DNA of 63,970 nucleotides, the filler included, from Dimargaris cristalligena (taxonomy: Eukaryota): assembly GCA_003614675.1 (NCBI GenBank). It is 6 parts of 6 records of this genome, joined end to end, with 100 filler letters (N's around TTAATTAATTAA, not from the genome) between each part and the next. Parts side by side here need not be neighbours in the genome. Positions count along the whole stretch, not along the records: positions 21,965 to 32,831 come from ML003142.1; positions 32,932 to 43,793 come from ML003143.1; 4 more parts are not named here. One strand, 5' to 3'. The first letter of the stretch is position 1, and each line of letters opens with the position of its first letter. A model generated the notes under the pieces. That model had not been told where the DNA came from. It did not search any database and saw only the letters and a list, made by a program, of their open reading frames with translations. The translations under genes and the position numbers were made by a program. Of the stretch, positions 23,323-34,820 are shown one piece after another.

Positions 23323-26300
23323 TTATCCCCGGTCATTACGATTAAGGATACCGCCCACCTTCATGGTAAGTTTAGGTAGTGGCTTGCGACTTACTAGCCG
23401 GTGCGGCCTGTTCAGAATAGCATCATCAGACTTGCCGGCCTCTGGGGGTGGGATGGACAGCTCCGCATTGATATCAGCCACATCACAATCGGTATCGGCG
23501 CCGTCCACGATCAGACCAACCAGGTTGGCAGTTGGGTCGTCTGGGTTATACAGAGTGGGAGGGGTCAGAAATCCAATTTTAACCAGGTAGGCCAAGTAGA
23601 GACCAATCAGGCTACGCATGGCTGGGCACTGCACGCCTCCGGCGCGACACAGAGTGCGGGTATGGCTCATATCCAACGCGGGGGAGCGGGTGGAGGTGGG
23701 CAAATCATCCAAGACGAAGTGGAGCAGAGGATACAGAGCGTTATCGGTCGACTTAAGCGTCACGTCCATCAAATGATTGCGCCAGGGAATGTAAGCCACG
23801 GGATCTACCGCAAAGCCATAAACCCGGAGTTGATCAAAGAAATCGTTGTAACGGAAACGGGTGGGGTTATCCACATGGAAGACACCCAGGCCTAGGGCGC
23901 GCGGTTGCGAGGCAGCCTGCACCACCACTTCGGCCACGTGGTCGACGGGGCACATATTGACTGTGTTGTTCATAATGGGCACCTCACCAAGTTGGACGCA
24001 GCCCTTGACGAGTCGCCACAGGAAATCGTCTGTGTTGGTCACACCCGTTTGGGAAGCCCCGACGATGTAACCAGGTCGGATGATAGTGCATGGGTAGCCG
24101 CGGGCCCGGGCCTGCAGCAGCAGCTTTTCGGCCACCCACTTACTCTGCCCATACCCACTGCGAAGTTCGTACCGGCTACCCTCCAAATCGTCAGATTCGA
24201 GCACCGACGAACCGGGCGCGGGTTGGGCCGATGTCACTTGACGAGTACGGGTAGATGTGGGAGTAGTAGGGGTGGATGGAGTAGTGGAGGACGCCGATTC
24301 GCTAGTCGCGAAGGTCTCCTCCTCCTTGAACTCGCCTAACTGAACGTAGTGGTCGGTATCCAGGACTGAAGTGGACGACACAAAGTGAAGCGGCTTCAGA
24401 TGGTTGGTTGTGGCCAGCTCAATGGCCGCCAAAGTACCCAGCACATTCGGAGCCCGAAGCTTCTCGTAAGGATACACCCAGTGAACCAGGGCACCGTTGT
24501 GGACGATAACATCGACAATCTTGGCGAGGGCCTGCCATTCATCGTCGGCAATACCCAAATGGGGCAGGGCTAAATCTCCCACAATGGCGCGCACCTGCTG
24601 GCTACCGTACCCCGCAGTCCAGCGCAGATTAGTTTCCGACGCGGAAGCACCGTCCACCTTGGGAATCAGAGTATCCCACTGATCCTGCCAAACTAAATGA
24701 TCGGCACTGCTCTTCTTAACGCGCTCAAAGGCGTGCTCAGGGGAACTGCCTCGGGTTAGGCAGTACACGGTGGCGGACGGGAAACGCTTCAACAAATGGG
24801 CCAGGATAAAGGCACCCAGGAAACCCGTAGCCCCCGTTAGGAAGAAGACGGGAGCATCACCGGACTGGACGCGCTCGGGGAAAACAAACGTTTCACTAAC
24901 CCCCGTAGCTTTAGTAAACGCCAACGGAGGTGGGAGTTGGTCAACCAGGGCGTCGAAATCGGTCGAATAGGCGGCCGACTGCTCGGCGGGAGCAGCAGCT
25001 GCGGATAGAGAGACTGAGGCCAGGCCACCAGAGGCCGCCTGCGCGCCAGTAGCACCCTTCATCGGCTGGGCACTCACGGCAATATTCAAGTCGGCCGAGG
25101 TGATACGATCGATTTCAGCACCCATGCCGTGGATAGTGGGCTGCTGGAATACCAATCCAAGCGGAACGTCAACGCAGAATGTCTTGCGAACCTGGAAAAT
25201 CATTCGGGTGGCCAGAATAGAATGCCCTCCCAAATCGAAGAAGTTGGCGTGTAGGGGGACCACCGTGTTCAAGTCCAGGACTTGGCGCCAAATATCATTG
25301 AGGGTGCACTCAGTCTGGGTGTAACCATCCAGCTGGCGGGCAGTCTCGGCTTCCTCGCTCTCGTTCTCGGCCACCGACCCTTGCCGGCGATGCTGGCGGC
25401 TTGACTTGTCGGCAAAGAGGGCGGTATCAGGGAAGGGTAGGGCAGCCTTGTCTACCTTACCGTTTGGGGTCAGTGGCAGGCGATTCAGAGGGACAAATAC
25501 GCTAGGAATACTGTAGCTGGGTAGTTTGTGCTTCAAATACGCCCGAATATCGGCAATTAGATTAGCGTAATTGTTACGGCGGTCCGCTTCATCGTTGGCG
25601 ACCGCGTCCGCGGCAGGGGCCTCTCCAGGCGCATGGGAGAACGACTCAACCGGGCCCGGCACAAAATAGGTGACCAGAGTCTTTTCTTCGTTCTTATCAC
25701 GTCGCACCAAAGTTACATTGGCCCGGATCCGGGGGAATTGGGAGAGGTGGTTATCAATCTCGCCCAGTTCGATACGGAAACCACGGATCTTCACTTGTTC
25801 GTCCATACGACCTACGCACTCGACCGAACCGTCCGGCAAGTAGCGCCCCAGATCCCCCGAGCGATAGAGACGGTCACGGACCCCCCGGTAGTAGTGGGGC
25901 CAGGGACTGGCTCCCTCGGGTAGATAGTCACGGGCCTGCAGGTTTTCGCCCCGCAACTTGGGATTAAACCAGTTGCTTACGAACTTTTCGCTGGTGATGC
26001 CATCCAGCTTAAGGTAGCCTTCGGAAAGGCCCCCGCTACGCACGTAGATCTCGCCAATCTCGCCAACACCGCACATAGTGGGGAGTTGGGTCGATCCGGG
26101 AGCCGAGTTGAATCGGTTGACCACCAACAGCTGGACCGATCGCATCCCCCAGCCGGCGGGAATAACATCCTTGACGGCAGACAAGAACGAGGGCTTCTGG
26201 GCCCGGGACGGAATGGCGAAATAAGAGACCGCACGCTGGGTCTCGGTAGTGCCAAACATATTGACCACCGTCACATTTTCGGCCAAGTGCTGAAGTCGAT

Positions 26301-28152
26301 GGCAGCTGCGCTTGGTCAACAAGTCACCCACGAAGAAAGCGTTGGCCAGGGAGGGAATGGGGCAGGTGGCATTGGTTGATAAGAGCTGACCCATAGCAGG
26401 GGTCAGATGGGTTACGGTAATGCGGTGCTCAGCCATCCAGCTCGCCAATTGACCTGGGATACCAATGTCCTCGGAGGTAGGAATGTGCAATTCGGCACCC
26501 AGGAAAAAGGGGGTAAAGACATCCCGCTGAATTGGGTCGTGGGCGATACCCGACAACATGGTAAACCGATCCTGGTCACTTAGGTTGAACTGCTTGCGCA
26601 TCCAGGGATAGAAGTGGGTAAGGGAGTAGTGGCGACCCCGCACACCCTTGGGGATACCGGTACTGCCACTAGTGAATGATAGGGTGCCAATACTGTCGGG
26701 GCCCAAAAAGACGGGCACAGAAGGAAGACCAGCTGCAGCCAATTCGGCGTCGGACAGGCCGCGGGAGGGGTCCATGCAATCTCCGGATGCGTCAGCACCG
26801 CCCAGAAGGTGGCCATCGGTGCGGATTTCCAGGGCTGGAACTTCACTCACGATAGTGAGCTCGTCGGTGATATACTGACGAACAGAAGCCGCCAGCTCAC
26901 CAGCATGTTTCAGCACAACCAAGCCACGGGGTTGAGCTACGCTGAGGTAGATATTCTGGCGTTCGGCAGGATAGGCGGGATCAATCACACTGTAGGTGGC
27001 CCCGGCCATTAGGACGCCCATAATGGCAATGGCCAGGTCAACTCCGCGATAGGCGTAGATCACCACCACGTCTTCACGCTGGATACCGGTGCGCAGCAAA
27101 TGCACGGCCAAAAGACGAGTGGTGTCATACACCTGCTTATAGGTAAAGCTGCGCTCAACCGACTGGGTGTTGTTGACGAGTACATTTTCCACGACGCAGC
27201 GCCGGTCCGGAAACTGCTGGGCATTCTGGGCGAAGATGGACGTGATGGAACCGGGCCATTCGTCCCAGTGCAGATCGCCACGGGGGTCGGGGATTACCTC
27301 CCAGCAGCGCGGAGTCACCAAGTTGATAACCCCGACAGCGGTATCGGAAGGGAGGGGAAGGGTAGGATTGGTCCGATGGGCCTCCAGGGCCTGGGCCACG
27401 CGGGCACTGCCTTCAAGCACCTGAATCAATTGATCACAAATGTGATGGATGCGGGTAGGCGAGAACAGGACCTGATTGTAGGACATGGTGATCTGCACTG
27501 AGGGAAGGAGGCGACGCAGGGAGGCCGTCGATTGTTGGGTGATGAAGACGGTCAAGTCAGTGTTGGCAGACACGGTTTGGGCCAACGTAGCGGAAGTGGT
27601 ATCCGTCTGGTTGAAGAAGCGAGCACGGAAAAACGACGGAGCATTCTGGCCGGTGGGCTGGTTGCCCCCCGTCAGACTGCTTAGCAGCAGATTAAAAGGC
27701 ACCTCGTCGGCAATGGCGTCCTTTTCGACGCGCTGGACCATATCAATGACCTGCAGGAAGGTGTCTTCGGGGCGAACCGCCAGACGTAGAACCAAAGGGT
27801 TGCCGGAATCCGACGAGCTACCAACGACAATATCCTCTTCGCTGGTGTAGCGATTCATGAGGACGGCGAAGGCGGCCAACAGAATGTGGAAGGGCGAGGC
27901 CGGTTCGGCCGGGGCAGTGGTTAAGGGGTCCCCATGGGCCGGGGAGAGCGACAGCTGCAACAGAGCCAAACAGGCCGAATCAGGAAGGGCGATGGTATGG
28001 GAGGCCTCCACAACCTTCAAGGGCACGGGGCGGGGATAATCAGTGGGAAGCACCAATTCGGTGGGGCGCAGCAGTCGCTGCTGCCACCGGTCTAGCCGCT
28101 CCGTGATTTCCGGCTTAGGAGCCGTGTTGGAGTTTGGAGTGGTGGATGCCAT
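23323..28152 (-). CDS. LYS2: L-2-aminoadipate reductase (NRPS-like A-T-R enzyme of fungal lysine biosynthesis)
   Basis: LPTDYPRP N-terminus; A-domain motifs LSFTSGSTGIPKGVRGRH, IAHDPIQRD, YRSGDLGRY, QVKIRGFRIELGEID, PLTPNGKVDK; carrier motif FFDLGGHSI; reductase motifs LTGATGFLG, HNGALVHWVYPY, GYGQSKWVAE. Intronless, 1609 aa. Confidence 0.97.
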   Translation of the reverse strand: MASTTPNSNTAPKPEITERLDRWQQRLLRPTELVLPTDYPRPVPLKVVEASHTIALPDSACLALLQLSLSPAHGDPLTTAPAEPASPFHILLAAFAVLMNRYTSEEDIVVGSSSDSGNPLVLRLAVRPEDTFLQVIDMVQRVEKDAIADEVPFNLLLSSLTGGNQPTGQNAPSFFRARFFNQTDTTSATLAQTVSANTDLTVFITQQSTASLRRLLPSVQITMSYNQVLFSPTRIHHICDQLIQVLEGSARVAQALEAHRTNPTLPLPSDTAVGVINLVTPRCWEVIPDPRGDLHWDEWPGSITSIFAQNAQQFPDRRCVVENVLVNNTQSVERSFTYKQVYDTTRLLAVHLLRTGIQREDVVVIYAYRGVDLAIAIMGVLMAGATYSVIDPAYPAERQNIYLSVAQPRGLVVLKHAGELAASVRQYITDELTIVSEVPALEIRTDGHLLGGADASGDCMDPSRGLSDAELAAAGLPSVPVFLGPDSIGTLSFTSGSTGIPKGVRGRHYSLTHFYPWMRKQFNLSDQDRFTMLSGIAHDPIQRDVFTPFFLGAELHIPTSEDIGIPGQLASWMAEHRITVTHLTPAMGQLLSTNATCPIPSLANAFFVGDLLTKRSCHRLQHLAENVTVVNMFGTTETQRAVSYFAIPSRAQKPSFLSAVKDVIPAGWGMRSVQLLVVNRFNSAPGSTQLPTMCGVGEIGEIYVRSGGLSEGYLKLDGITSEKFVSNWFNPKLRGENLQARDYLPEGASPWPHYYRGVRDRLYRSGDLGRYLPDGSVECVGRMDEQVKIRGFRIELGEIDNHLSQFPRIRANVTLVRRDKNEEKTLVTYFVPGPVESFSHAPGEAPAADAVANDEADRRNNYANLIADIRAYLKHKLPSYSIPSVFVPLNRLPLTPNGKVDKAALPFPDTALFADKSSRQHRRQGSVAENESEEAETARQLDGYTQTECTLNDIWRQVLDLNTVVPLHANFFDLGGHSILATRMIFQVRKTFCVDVPLGLVFQQPTIHGMGAEIDRITSADLNIAVSAQPMKGATGAQAASGGLASVSLSAAAAPAEQSAAYSTDFDALVDQLPPPLAFTKATGVSETFVFPERVQSGDAPVFFLTGATGFLGAFILAHLLKRFPSATVYCLTRGSSPEHAFERVKKSSADHLVWQDQWDTLIPKVDGASASETNLRWTAGYGSQQVRAIVGDLALPHLGIADDEWQALAKIVDVIVHNGALVHWVYPYEKLRAPNVLGTLAAIELATTNHLKPLHFVSSTSVLDTDHYVQLGEFKEEETFATSESASSTTPSTPTTPTSTRTRQVTSAQPAPGSSVLESDDLEGSRYELRSGYGQSKWVAEKLLLQARARGYPCTIIRPGYIVGASQTGVTNTDDFLWRLVKGCVQLGEVPIMNNTVNMCPVDHVAEVVVQAASQPRALGLGVFHVDNPTRFRYNDFFDQLRVYGFAVDPVAYIPWRNHLMDVTLKSTDNALYPLLHFVLDDLPTSTRSPALDMSHTRTLCRAGGVQCPAMRSLIGLYLAYLVKIGFLTPPTLYNPDDPTANLVGLIVDGADTDCDVADINAELSIPPPEAGKSDDAILNRPHRLVSRKPLPKLTMKVGGILNRNDRG

Positions 28153-28429
28153 GCTAACCTAACGGCTGAAGTAGGGGAGAGGAGGTCTAAGGCTCAGACA
28201 AGGAAGCTGACTAAATAAGCAGCTGTTGAAATGGGTAGGGAGGACTGCTTTTGGATAGAAAAATATAGGGTTAAAACAAGATAGCCACAGCCGACGGTTC
28301 GGGGAGGGAGGGGGCGCTTAATAGCTTTTTTAAAGAAGTATCCGAAGAGTATATGAGTGCAAGGAGAGAACGAGGGGAGGAGGGAGGAAAGGGCCCATGG
28401 ACAAAGGAAGGGGGAGAGAGAGGGCTGGC

Positions 28430-28436
28430 TGAGTCA
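28430..28436. promoter_or_regulatory. Gcn4/CpcA-type (AP-1) site upstream of LYS2
   Basis: TGAGTCA, 278 bp upstream of the LYS2 ATG. Confidence 0.6.
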
Positions 28437-28924
28437 ACTAGCAGGGCTTACAGATAATTGGACAGTTATTCAAGCAATAATATCAGTGGATAAAGATATC
28501 AATTCCCAAATCAAATAGTTGGAGAAAATGCGGGTAGATAGGCTGATATAGAAGCGAAAGGGGCGAAGCTGTTAGGATAGTGTCTCGGTTGGATATAGGG
28601 CTAAAATTAACCCTTTGGAGGAAGGGGCTACGGCTTGGCTTATAAAGGTTGACTGACCGTGTAGTACGCTTCTGTGGTATTAATGGGTCACCACCACCAA
28701 CCAAGCGAAAAAAAGACATATTTTCTTCTATGCGCATACATCCATGAATGCGGCTGTAAATCGAATGGCCGCATACATTCGGAGCCAGCCTAGGTTGGCT
28801 GGTGCTATTTAATACGCGCATTAGTAGTGAATCATGCCTATGAAAGGCAGCAACAAGCTTATTATTACCCACTATGTGTCACTAAGGCCATCCTCCAAAG
28901 ACCCGCTTATTGGTGCGGCCGCAG

Positions 28925-28931
28925 TGAGTCA
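28925..28931. promoter_or_regulatory. Second Gcn4/CpcA-type site upstream of LYS2
   Basis: GTGAGTCAT, which reads ATGACTCAC on the minus strand. Confidence 0.55.
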
Positions 28932-29610
28932 TAGGCAAGCAAGTGGCCCAAGATGGTTGAATCTTTACCTCCCTCTAACTCTAACTCTGTATTTCGCCCA
29001 ATCCACATACCTGGTAAAAATCTTATTTCGACTAGGTTAGGTAATTACCATAATTAAGTTATGTGGACTCGTAACACCTTTACTGCCATGCACTTATACA
29101 TTAAAACCAGCCCCATTTTCTAAACCACGCATCAAAAACTTATCCACAAATAACCCCTAGAAATACCAGGAATGTTTGCGTAAAGATCCACTCTAAAGTA
29201 TATTTGAGATTAGCAACTAGCGTTAAAGGCTGAACCTAAGGGTTTATTAAATAAGATTTATGTATTTTTGGGGTATTTAATAATAAAAAAGACTCGCAAA
29301 TAACTGATTGCCTCAGAATTGCTAATTTAGCAAAAGCGAGGTGCAATACTTAAGACAGACAGAAATGAGTGGAAAGCAACTACCATTATTCACTATAATA
29401 AGTAAGCTAGCAGAGCCAAGCGGCAGTCAAAGGATCGAAATAGTACTATCGTATCGGGTAGGTCGTGGGGATATAGGCGAGTTGGGGTGGATGTGTATTA
29501 CATAAACATACCTGACTTACCATGGATACCGCTGTGGAGCTAAGCGGGCCTCGCATACTAACCCCTTGCCTTACCAAGGCAGGCGTAGTGGGAAGACACA
29601 TCCTAGTTAG

Positions 29611-32038
29611 TTAGTCGGCAAGCTCACCGTCGCCGCCCATGTCATCGAATGAGATAAAATCCATGTTGGTTAGGAACCCCGCTTTACTGGTCGAGTGAGG
29701 AGTAGTAGTGGCCTGGTTTTCCACCAGCTCTTCCCCCTCTACATCATCCAACTCGTCCTGAGCCAATTCCATGTAGCGCTTGGCTTTGGGTTTGCTTTTG
29801 GGCTCCGCTTGGGCTGCCGCGGCGGTTTCCCCATCAGCCGTTGTAGACTCAGGGTCCTCCTCACGGGTCTCTTTCTTCGGCCGGGGCTTAAACCGCTCCG
29901 ACGCATCCTTGGGTTTCTTTTCGGCTTTTTGGGCCGCTTTGGCCCGGTGGGGCAATTTACAGTTGGGCTTACTGCATTCCCCACGCTCAGTAAAATCGGG
30001 ACACTCATAAACATGCCGCTTGTCACACTGCTTGCCCCGGCTACAAAAGCCCTCTTCGACAAAGTCTCGGCACACGGGGGCGTCCGCCGACATCTTAATA
30101 TGAAGATAGGGGCAGTCCTCCTTGGTACAAAGGCCCCGTTGGAAGTGGGAGCAGAGGGGTACTCGCTCGGGTTTTAGATCATGGGAAAAGGGACACTTGT
30201 CACCGAGCGTACACGCCCCCCGCAAGAATCGGGTACACATGGCAATCCGGTTGGGATCGTGAATAAAAGGGCACTTCTCACCAGCACTACACCGCCCAAA
30301 TCGATTATAGAAGGTACAGTAGCGGGTAGTACGCTTGGCTCGGGGACGACTCGGGACGGCAGCATTGAGAAGGTTATCGCGGACCAGAGTTCGGCGGTTA
30401 ACTCGAGTGAACTCCCTGATTTTCTCCGCTGTGGTTAGCTTTTTGGACGGGTCAGATTGCTTACCAGGCTTATTATCGGCTAGTTGCGAAAAGGAAGAGG
30501 ATTACACCCATGGTATAAACATATAAAAACACAAAGGGGGTCCGTGATTAAGTTCGAGTACGAGCAGACATCAGTAGACCTATTTTACATGTAGATTACC
30601 TAATTTGGAAGTTGACTTCTGGTGAGGTGGGGGGTATTAGTATGCATGTGAAAAGAAACCTCCCACGTCGAGGTTTAAACTAGCTAAATGTTTACCTGTA
30701 ACCTGTCGGATTAGCTGACGACCCGAGCGCCCGACTTGGAAGACTGTTTGTCCTACACGAATGGACCGAGTGGCAGAACGGCGAGCTGGTATGAGAGGGC
30801 GCCGTTTGGCGGACGGCGTGGAGTAGCTGGTAAACAGATCATATAGGTGGGTATAGTAAGCCGGTATAGGGCAGCCGTTTTAATAGCCGGGTTTAATTGA
30901 ATCGGGCCCGCGGATGAGTTTAGCGGCTATAGACATCGTACCATTATATATGAACAACATATTAAATTTTACCCGAGGTAATAATTAGTGTATATATACT
31001 TAATCAAGCCAGCCGAATTTTCAGTATTTTACTTACCCCACTGTTGTGGTGTTGACAATTTGTAAATGCCGGCTTTCGCTACGAATCCACCGGGGCTTAA
31101 CCGGTACGCTAGTTGCCGCGACATTCGATTTTGAAGTGGGGTTAATGAGAACCATGTTTCGGTTAACGGGGCGCCGATATAATGCAGCGGGGGCCGGTCG
31201 GCGGGGAGGCCGCGGGACTACGACCGACTTGGGATCTATATGTGGATTAGAGATGGTCCAGGCATATCCAGATGGTTTATAGTGAAGTTAGTTATTCGGG
31301 AAATCCGTGGTTTAAACATTATGTCGGGGTAGAAATATATAAACCATGTAGGTAGTCGGTGAGATATACCCATTCGTCCGATTCAAACCGGAGAGAATAA
31401 CTCAGCTACATGTTGTAAAGTGGGTAATGAACCTATATATTAACGCTCATTGATTAGAAACTTACCAAGCCCGGCGCGATACAGTGAATTACCACGCACC
31501 ACATACCCCGACTGCGGGGTTGTGACCGGCGGTGGGTTGGTGGTAGGTGGGGTAACCGTAGCTGGAGGGATAGGTGCCGTTGACACAGCGGAGGGCGGGG
31601 TTGGGCCAGAAGCGGATTTAACCCAGGACATATTCCGAGAGGGCCGGTAGGCCCCAGGGCGCGCCCCCCGCCGCGGCGGGAAGTAAGTAGAGGGGCGGGC
31701 AGGGGGATTCTGAAGGGCAATGGCGGCTACGAGCAGTTCCATATGAAAGGTGGTAAAGGAGTGCCTCGGGGGAGGGTGGGGCCGAGTGAGAGAGAGAGTG
31801 TGTGTGTGTGTGTGTGAATAAAAGTTAGCTGGGAATGTTGTTGGCGACACGAGCAGGTTAGTTCCCGCTTTTCAAAATTTAAATAGGGTCCCCAGTGAAA
31901 ACCTCAGTTGAATCATTTGTCCGACGCGGCTGTCTGGAAGTTCGACCCAGAGGCCCAGTTTGGACGTCTACGGATTGAAAAAATATATATACCTTTAAGT
32001 CGCTGGATCTCGGCCAGCATTGCCTGGTTGTCGGTCAT
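29611..32038 (-). CDS. Multi-exon CCCH zinc-finger protein, ZC3H3/Red5-like
   Basis: Exon 1 (32038-31993, MTDNQAMLAEIQRLK) splices in phase to the exon starting at 31726 (AAIALQNPP...RNMSWV...YVVRGNSLYR). The last exon has five CCCH fingers (YCTFYNRFGRC, CTRFLRGAC...CPFSH, CSHFQRGLC, CRDFVEEGFC, CPDFTERGEC) and ends DFISF. Internal exon bounds are approximate. Confidence 0.85.
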
Positions 32039-32733
32039 GGCGGATAGGCTTTGTAGGGCTAGCTACTGAACAAGTTAATGCCTCGGTGGAAAAGAAAAAG
32101 TAAAAAGGAATGAGGCGCAAGGAGGTAATGGAAATGGAAATGGAAAGCAGGGAAGGGCTGAAAAAAAGGGTGGAAAAATTTCCAAGGGTTCTTCAGTCCA
32201 TGGGTGTAGCATGCGACAGTGCGCCCCTTTGGAATGCTTGGCTAAGCCTGGTTGGTTGGTTGGTGGATAAAACACCACAAGGAATTCCGGTTAGTAGGCT
32301 ATGAAATATAGCCCACTGCTTAGCTGAGAAGGGTCGATGGAGGGACCTAGTCTAAGGGGATTCTAGTCAACTGAAAAAATACTCCAGTTTAGGCTGACTA
32401 TCAATTATAGGAACTACTAGGTCTTTGGTTGGACTATTTATCGGATTGAATAATTATACTACTGCCCCACTCAGACACTGTGCAGCCATTTTATGCAATA
32501 CGGATTTCGAGTATTAAAATGTCGAAGGGTCGCAGTGCAATACCATTTGGGCCCATGGTAACATACACAAGGTGGCTTATAAATGGACCTCAGTGGAATA
32601 ACGGCACAGTACCAAAGTACTGAAAGCCGGTTCATACATGGGTTCTAGGCGCCATCATTGCCTATTTTCGCCAATGGGGCGTGGGGATTACACCGCCCAA
32701 GAAAACCCTTCCTTTTGCCTATTCCCACTTTCA

Positions 32734-32831
32734 TATGGGTGAAACTCGGCCCAGCTATATAAGGTTTACATTATACGTGTATGGGAAAATATATGGGAAA
32801 TGTATTTTTAACTAGTAATATTGGCCGAATC
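32734..32831 (-). mobile_element. MITE copy, truncated at the contig end
   Basis: tatgggtgaaactcggcccagctatataaggttt matches the reverse complement of the right end of 51363-51504. Confidence 0.8.
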
Positions 32832-32931
32832 NNNNNNNNNNNNNNNNNNNNNNNNNNNNNNNNNNNNNNNNNNNNTTAATTAATTAANNNNNNNNNNNNN
32901 NNNNNNNNNNNNNNNNNNNNNNNNNNNNNNN
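32832..32931. other. Artificial contig-joining spacer
   Basis: N44-TTAATTAATTAA-N44. Confidence 0.97.
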
Positions 32932-32984
32932 TTGCCTCATCAAATGGATTTTTCGTTATACAGCTTGGATGAACTTCTCCCATA
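32932..32984 (-). mobile_element. MITE half-copy at the contig start
   Basis: ttgcctcatcaaatggatttttcgttatacagc...ctcccata is the reverse complement of the MITE left half. Confidence 0.8.
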
Positions 32985-33144
32985 TTCAGAGTTAAGCGCT
33001 TCTTTAACGTATTCCAACATCGTTCTTCAGCCTGTTTTACCAACATTTATTATTACACCAGTGCACTCCCGAAGTAAACGCTCTATTCCATACCCACCCC
33101 CTATCACTTCCACCCCCTAAGTTTCCTAATCCCTTTAAAAGGCC

Positions 33145-34329
33145 ATGTCTTCACTTTCCCAGGCGGCCCGTAACAAGTTGGCCAAAGCCGAGGCCGCCGC
33201 TGCTAACCCCCCCTCTCAGCAGCAACAGCAGTCCACATCGTCACAGGCCCCACCTCCGTTCGACCAGTCGAACCACACGACACTCCAAGTGCTTTCTGAC
33301 AGCCCCATGGCCGACCTACCCAGCTACGACGAATCGCTGAGCGAGAGTCTGGGTCAAATCCACCCACCGGCCTACCCGCCCCAACAACCCTCGGCGAGCA
33401 CCCCCTTCGCTACCGCCCCCTCCCCGGAACCCACTCTTACCCTTCCCTACACCTATGAGCGCAACAATGACGGCGTGGTCACGTACGACCCCCTTCTGAA
33501 TAAGGACCCTGACGCCATTGTGGCCTTTATCCAGCACCACAGCACTCACCCCGAACTATGGGTCGAAGTGGAGGGGTACCACTTCGAAGACCATCACACG
33601 ACCGAGTCGGTCCGCGACCGGGACGGTAATCTGAGTCAACAGACGCGAACGGAAAGCCGCAAAGTAATCGACTTTCAAACCAAAGTCGACGTTACCCCCC
33701 ATGTGCGGCGTGAGCCCGCCATTTTCATCCGGCAAATCCCCGACCCCCCGCCTGCTTCGCGGTCCTTCACATGCCGAAAGAAGGACTCACCAGCGACGAA
33801 TCAGGCCGCTCCCCTAGCCTCGAGTGACGACCGGACTAGCATCGATAGTACCTGTGACCTCATATCTCCTAATCACGACTCCGAAGGGCAAGGGGCCGGC
33901 CTTACCGCATCGTCTTCAACTAAGCGCGCTCTGCGGGATGTCGCCGAGGAATACGTCGACAGCACCCGCTACCTCAAAGAATTTCTTATTACCAAGGTCG
34001 TGTCGTGGGATTTTGATACCGTCCAGACCGAAGTGGATAAACTATTCCGCGCGCGGGGTTACTGTCATATCGTCCGCGTCCATTTTATCTACCGCAACAA
34101 ACGGATTGTCATCCGGTCGGCTAATGCCTGGTTGCGCTGGTACCATAACCGCTGGGTGTGGGGCTTCTTGGTCATCACTTGCCTGTGGATGTTGGTCTTA
34201 CCCCTCATGTGGCTGACCCAGAAGACCTGGAAGGATGATGTGAAATTGGACTATACGGTCCAGATCCCCGCCGAACAGTTCCTGGAAGCCAATCGACACC
34301 GTCTTCTCGATAATCTGCGTTTTGGGTAA
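33145..34329 (+). CDS. Hypothetical fungal membrane protein with N-terminal PY motifs
   Basis: 394-aa intronless ORF with LPSY and PPAY motifs, a globular-looking core (VEVEGYH...VIDF; YLKEFLITKVVSWDF) and a hydrophobic C-terminal segment (WVWGFLVITCLWMLVLPLMWL). Confidence 0.8.
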   Translation: MSSLSQAARNKLAKAEAAAANPPSQQQQQSTSSQAPPPFDQSNHTTLQVLSDSPMADLPSYDESLSESLGQIHPPAYPPQQPSASTPFATAPSPEPTLTLPYTYERNNDGVVTYDPLLNKDPDAIVAFIQHHSTHPELWVEVEGYHFEDHHTTESVRDRDGNLSQQTRTESRKVIDFQTKVDVTPHVRREPAIFIRQIPDPPPASRSFTCRKKDSPATNQAAPLASSDDRTSIDSTCDLISPNHDSEGQGAGLTASSSTKRALRDVAEEYVDSTRYLKEFLITKVVSWDFDTVQTEVDKLFRARGYCHIVRVHFIYRNKRIVIRSANAWLRWYHNRWVWGFLVITCLWMLVLPLMWLTQKTWKDDVKLDYTVQIPAEQFLEANRHRLLDNLRFG

Positions 34330-34820
34330 AGTAGGGCAAGAGCCCCCTTTATTCTTAGGTAGCATGGCTTTTCGATCATTCCCTTAAGTTCCGCACAATC
34401 TCTGTCCCATTATATAAATATAAATATATATTACATCTATCCCCTCATTTATCAACCTGTCATTTTTTGAAGCCCCTTACCACGGTTTATTTATTTCGTG
34501 TTTGATTTTCAATGTACTTTTCTTCCTATTCGCAGTGCTCCTCATCAAAACTGTTCATACTATAGCGTATCATGTCATTTCAATTACTATATTTTTCACC
34601 TACTCTATCAGTCCACAAACTGATATATTTCTTTGTTGTAGTTTTAACCGTTGTTTATACTTCCTTGAGCACTGATTATAAATAATCATTCACAATACTA
34701 CCAAACTCAAATTTGATTACCATGTCTAAAGCTGGGTCATAGCATGCGTAATGGTATGTTGGATTGGGCTGTCATTGTAAAATAACTCGAACGTGCCAGA
34801 CTAGCCCCATGTCACCACAC

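Noticed and set aside
23323-28152. NRPS secondary-metabolite cluster
   Set aside because: The motifs are diagnostic of primary-metabolism Lys2, and the neighbours (PPR, CCCH) are not tailoring enzymes.
32734-32984. A single MITE apparently spanning the gap
   Set aside because: The spacer is artificial and the two halves disagree where they overlap (ttggccgaatc versus ttgcctcatc), so they are most likely different copies.
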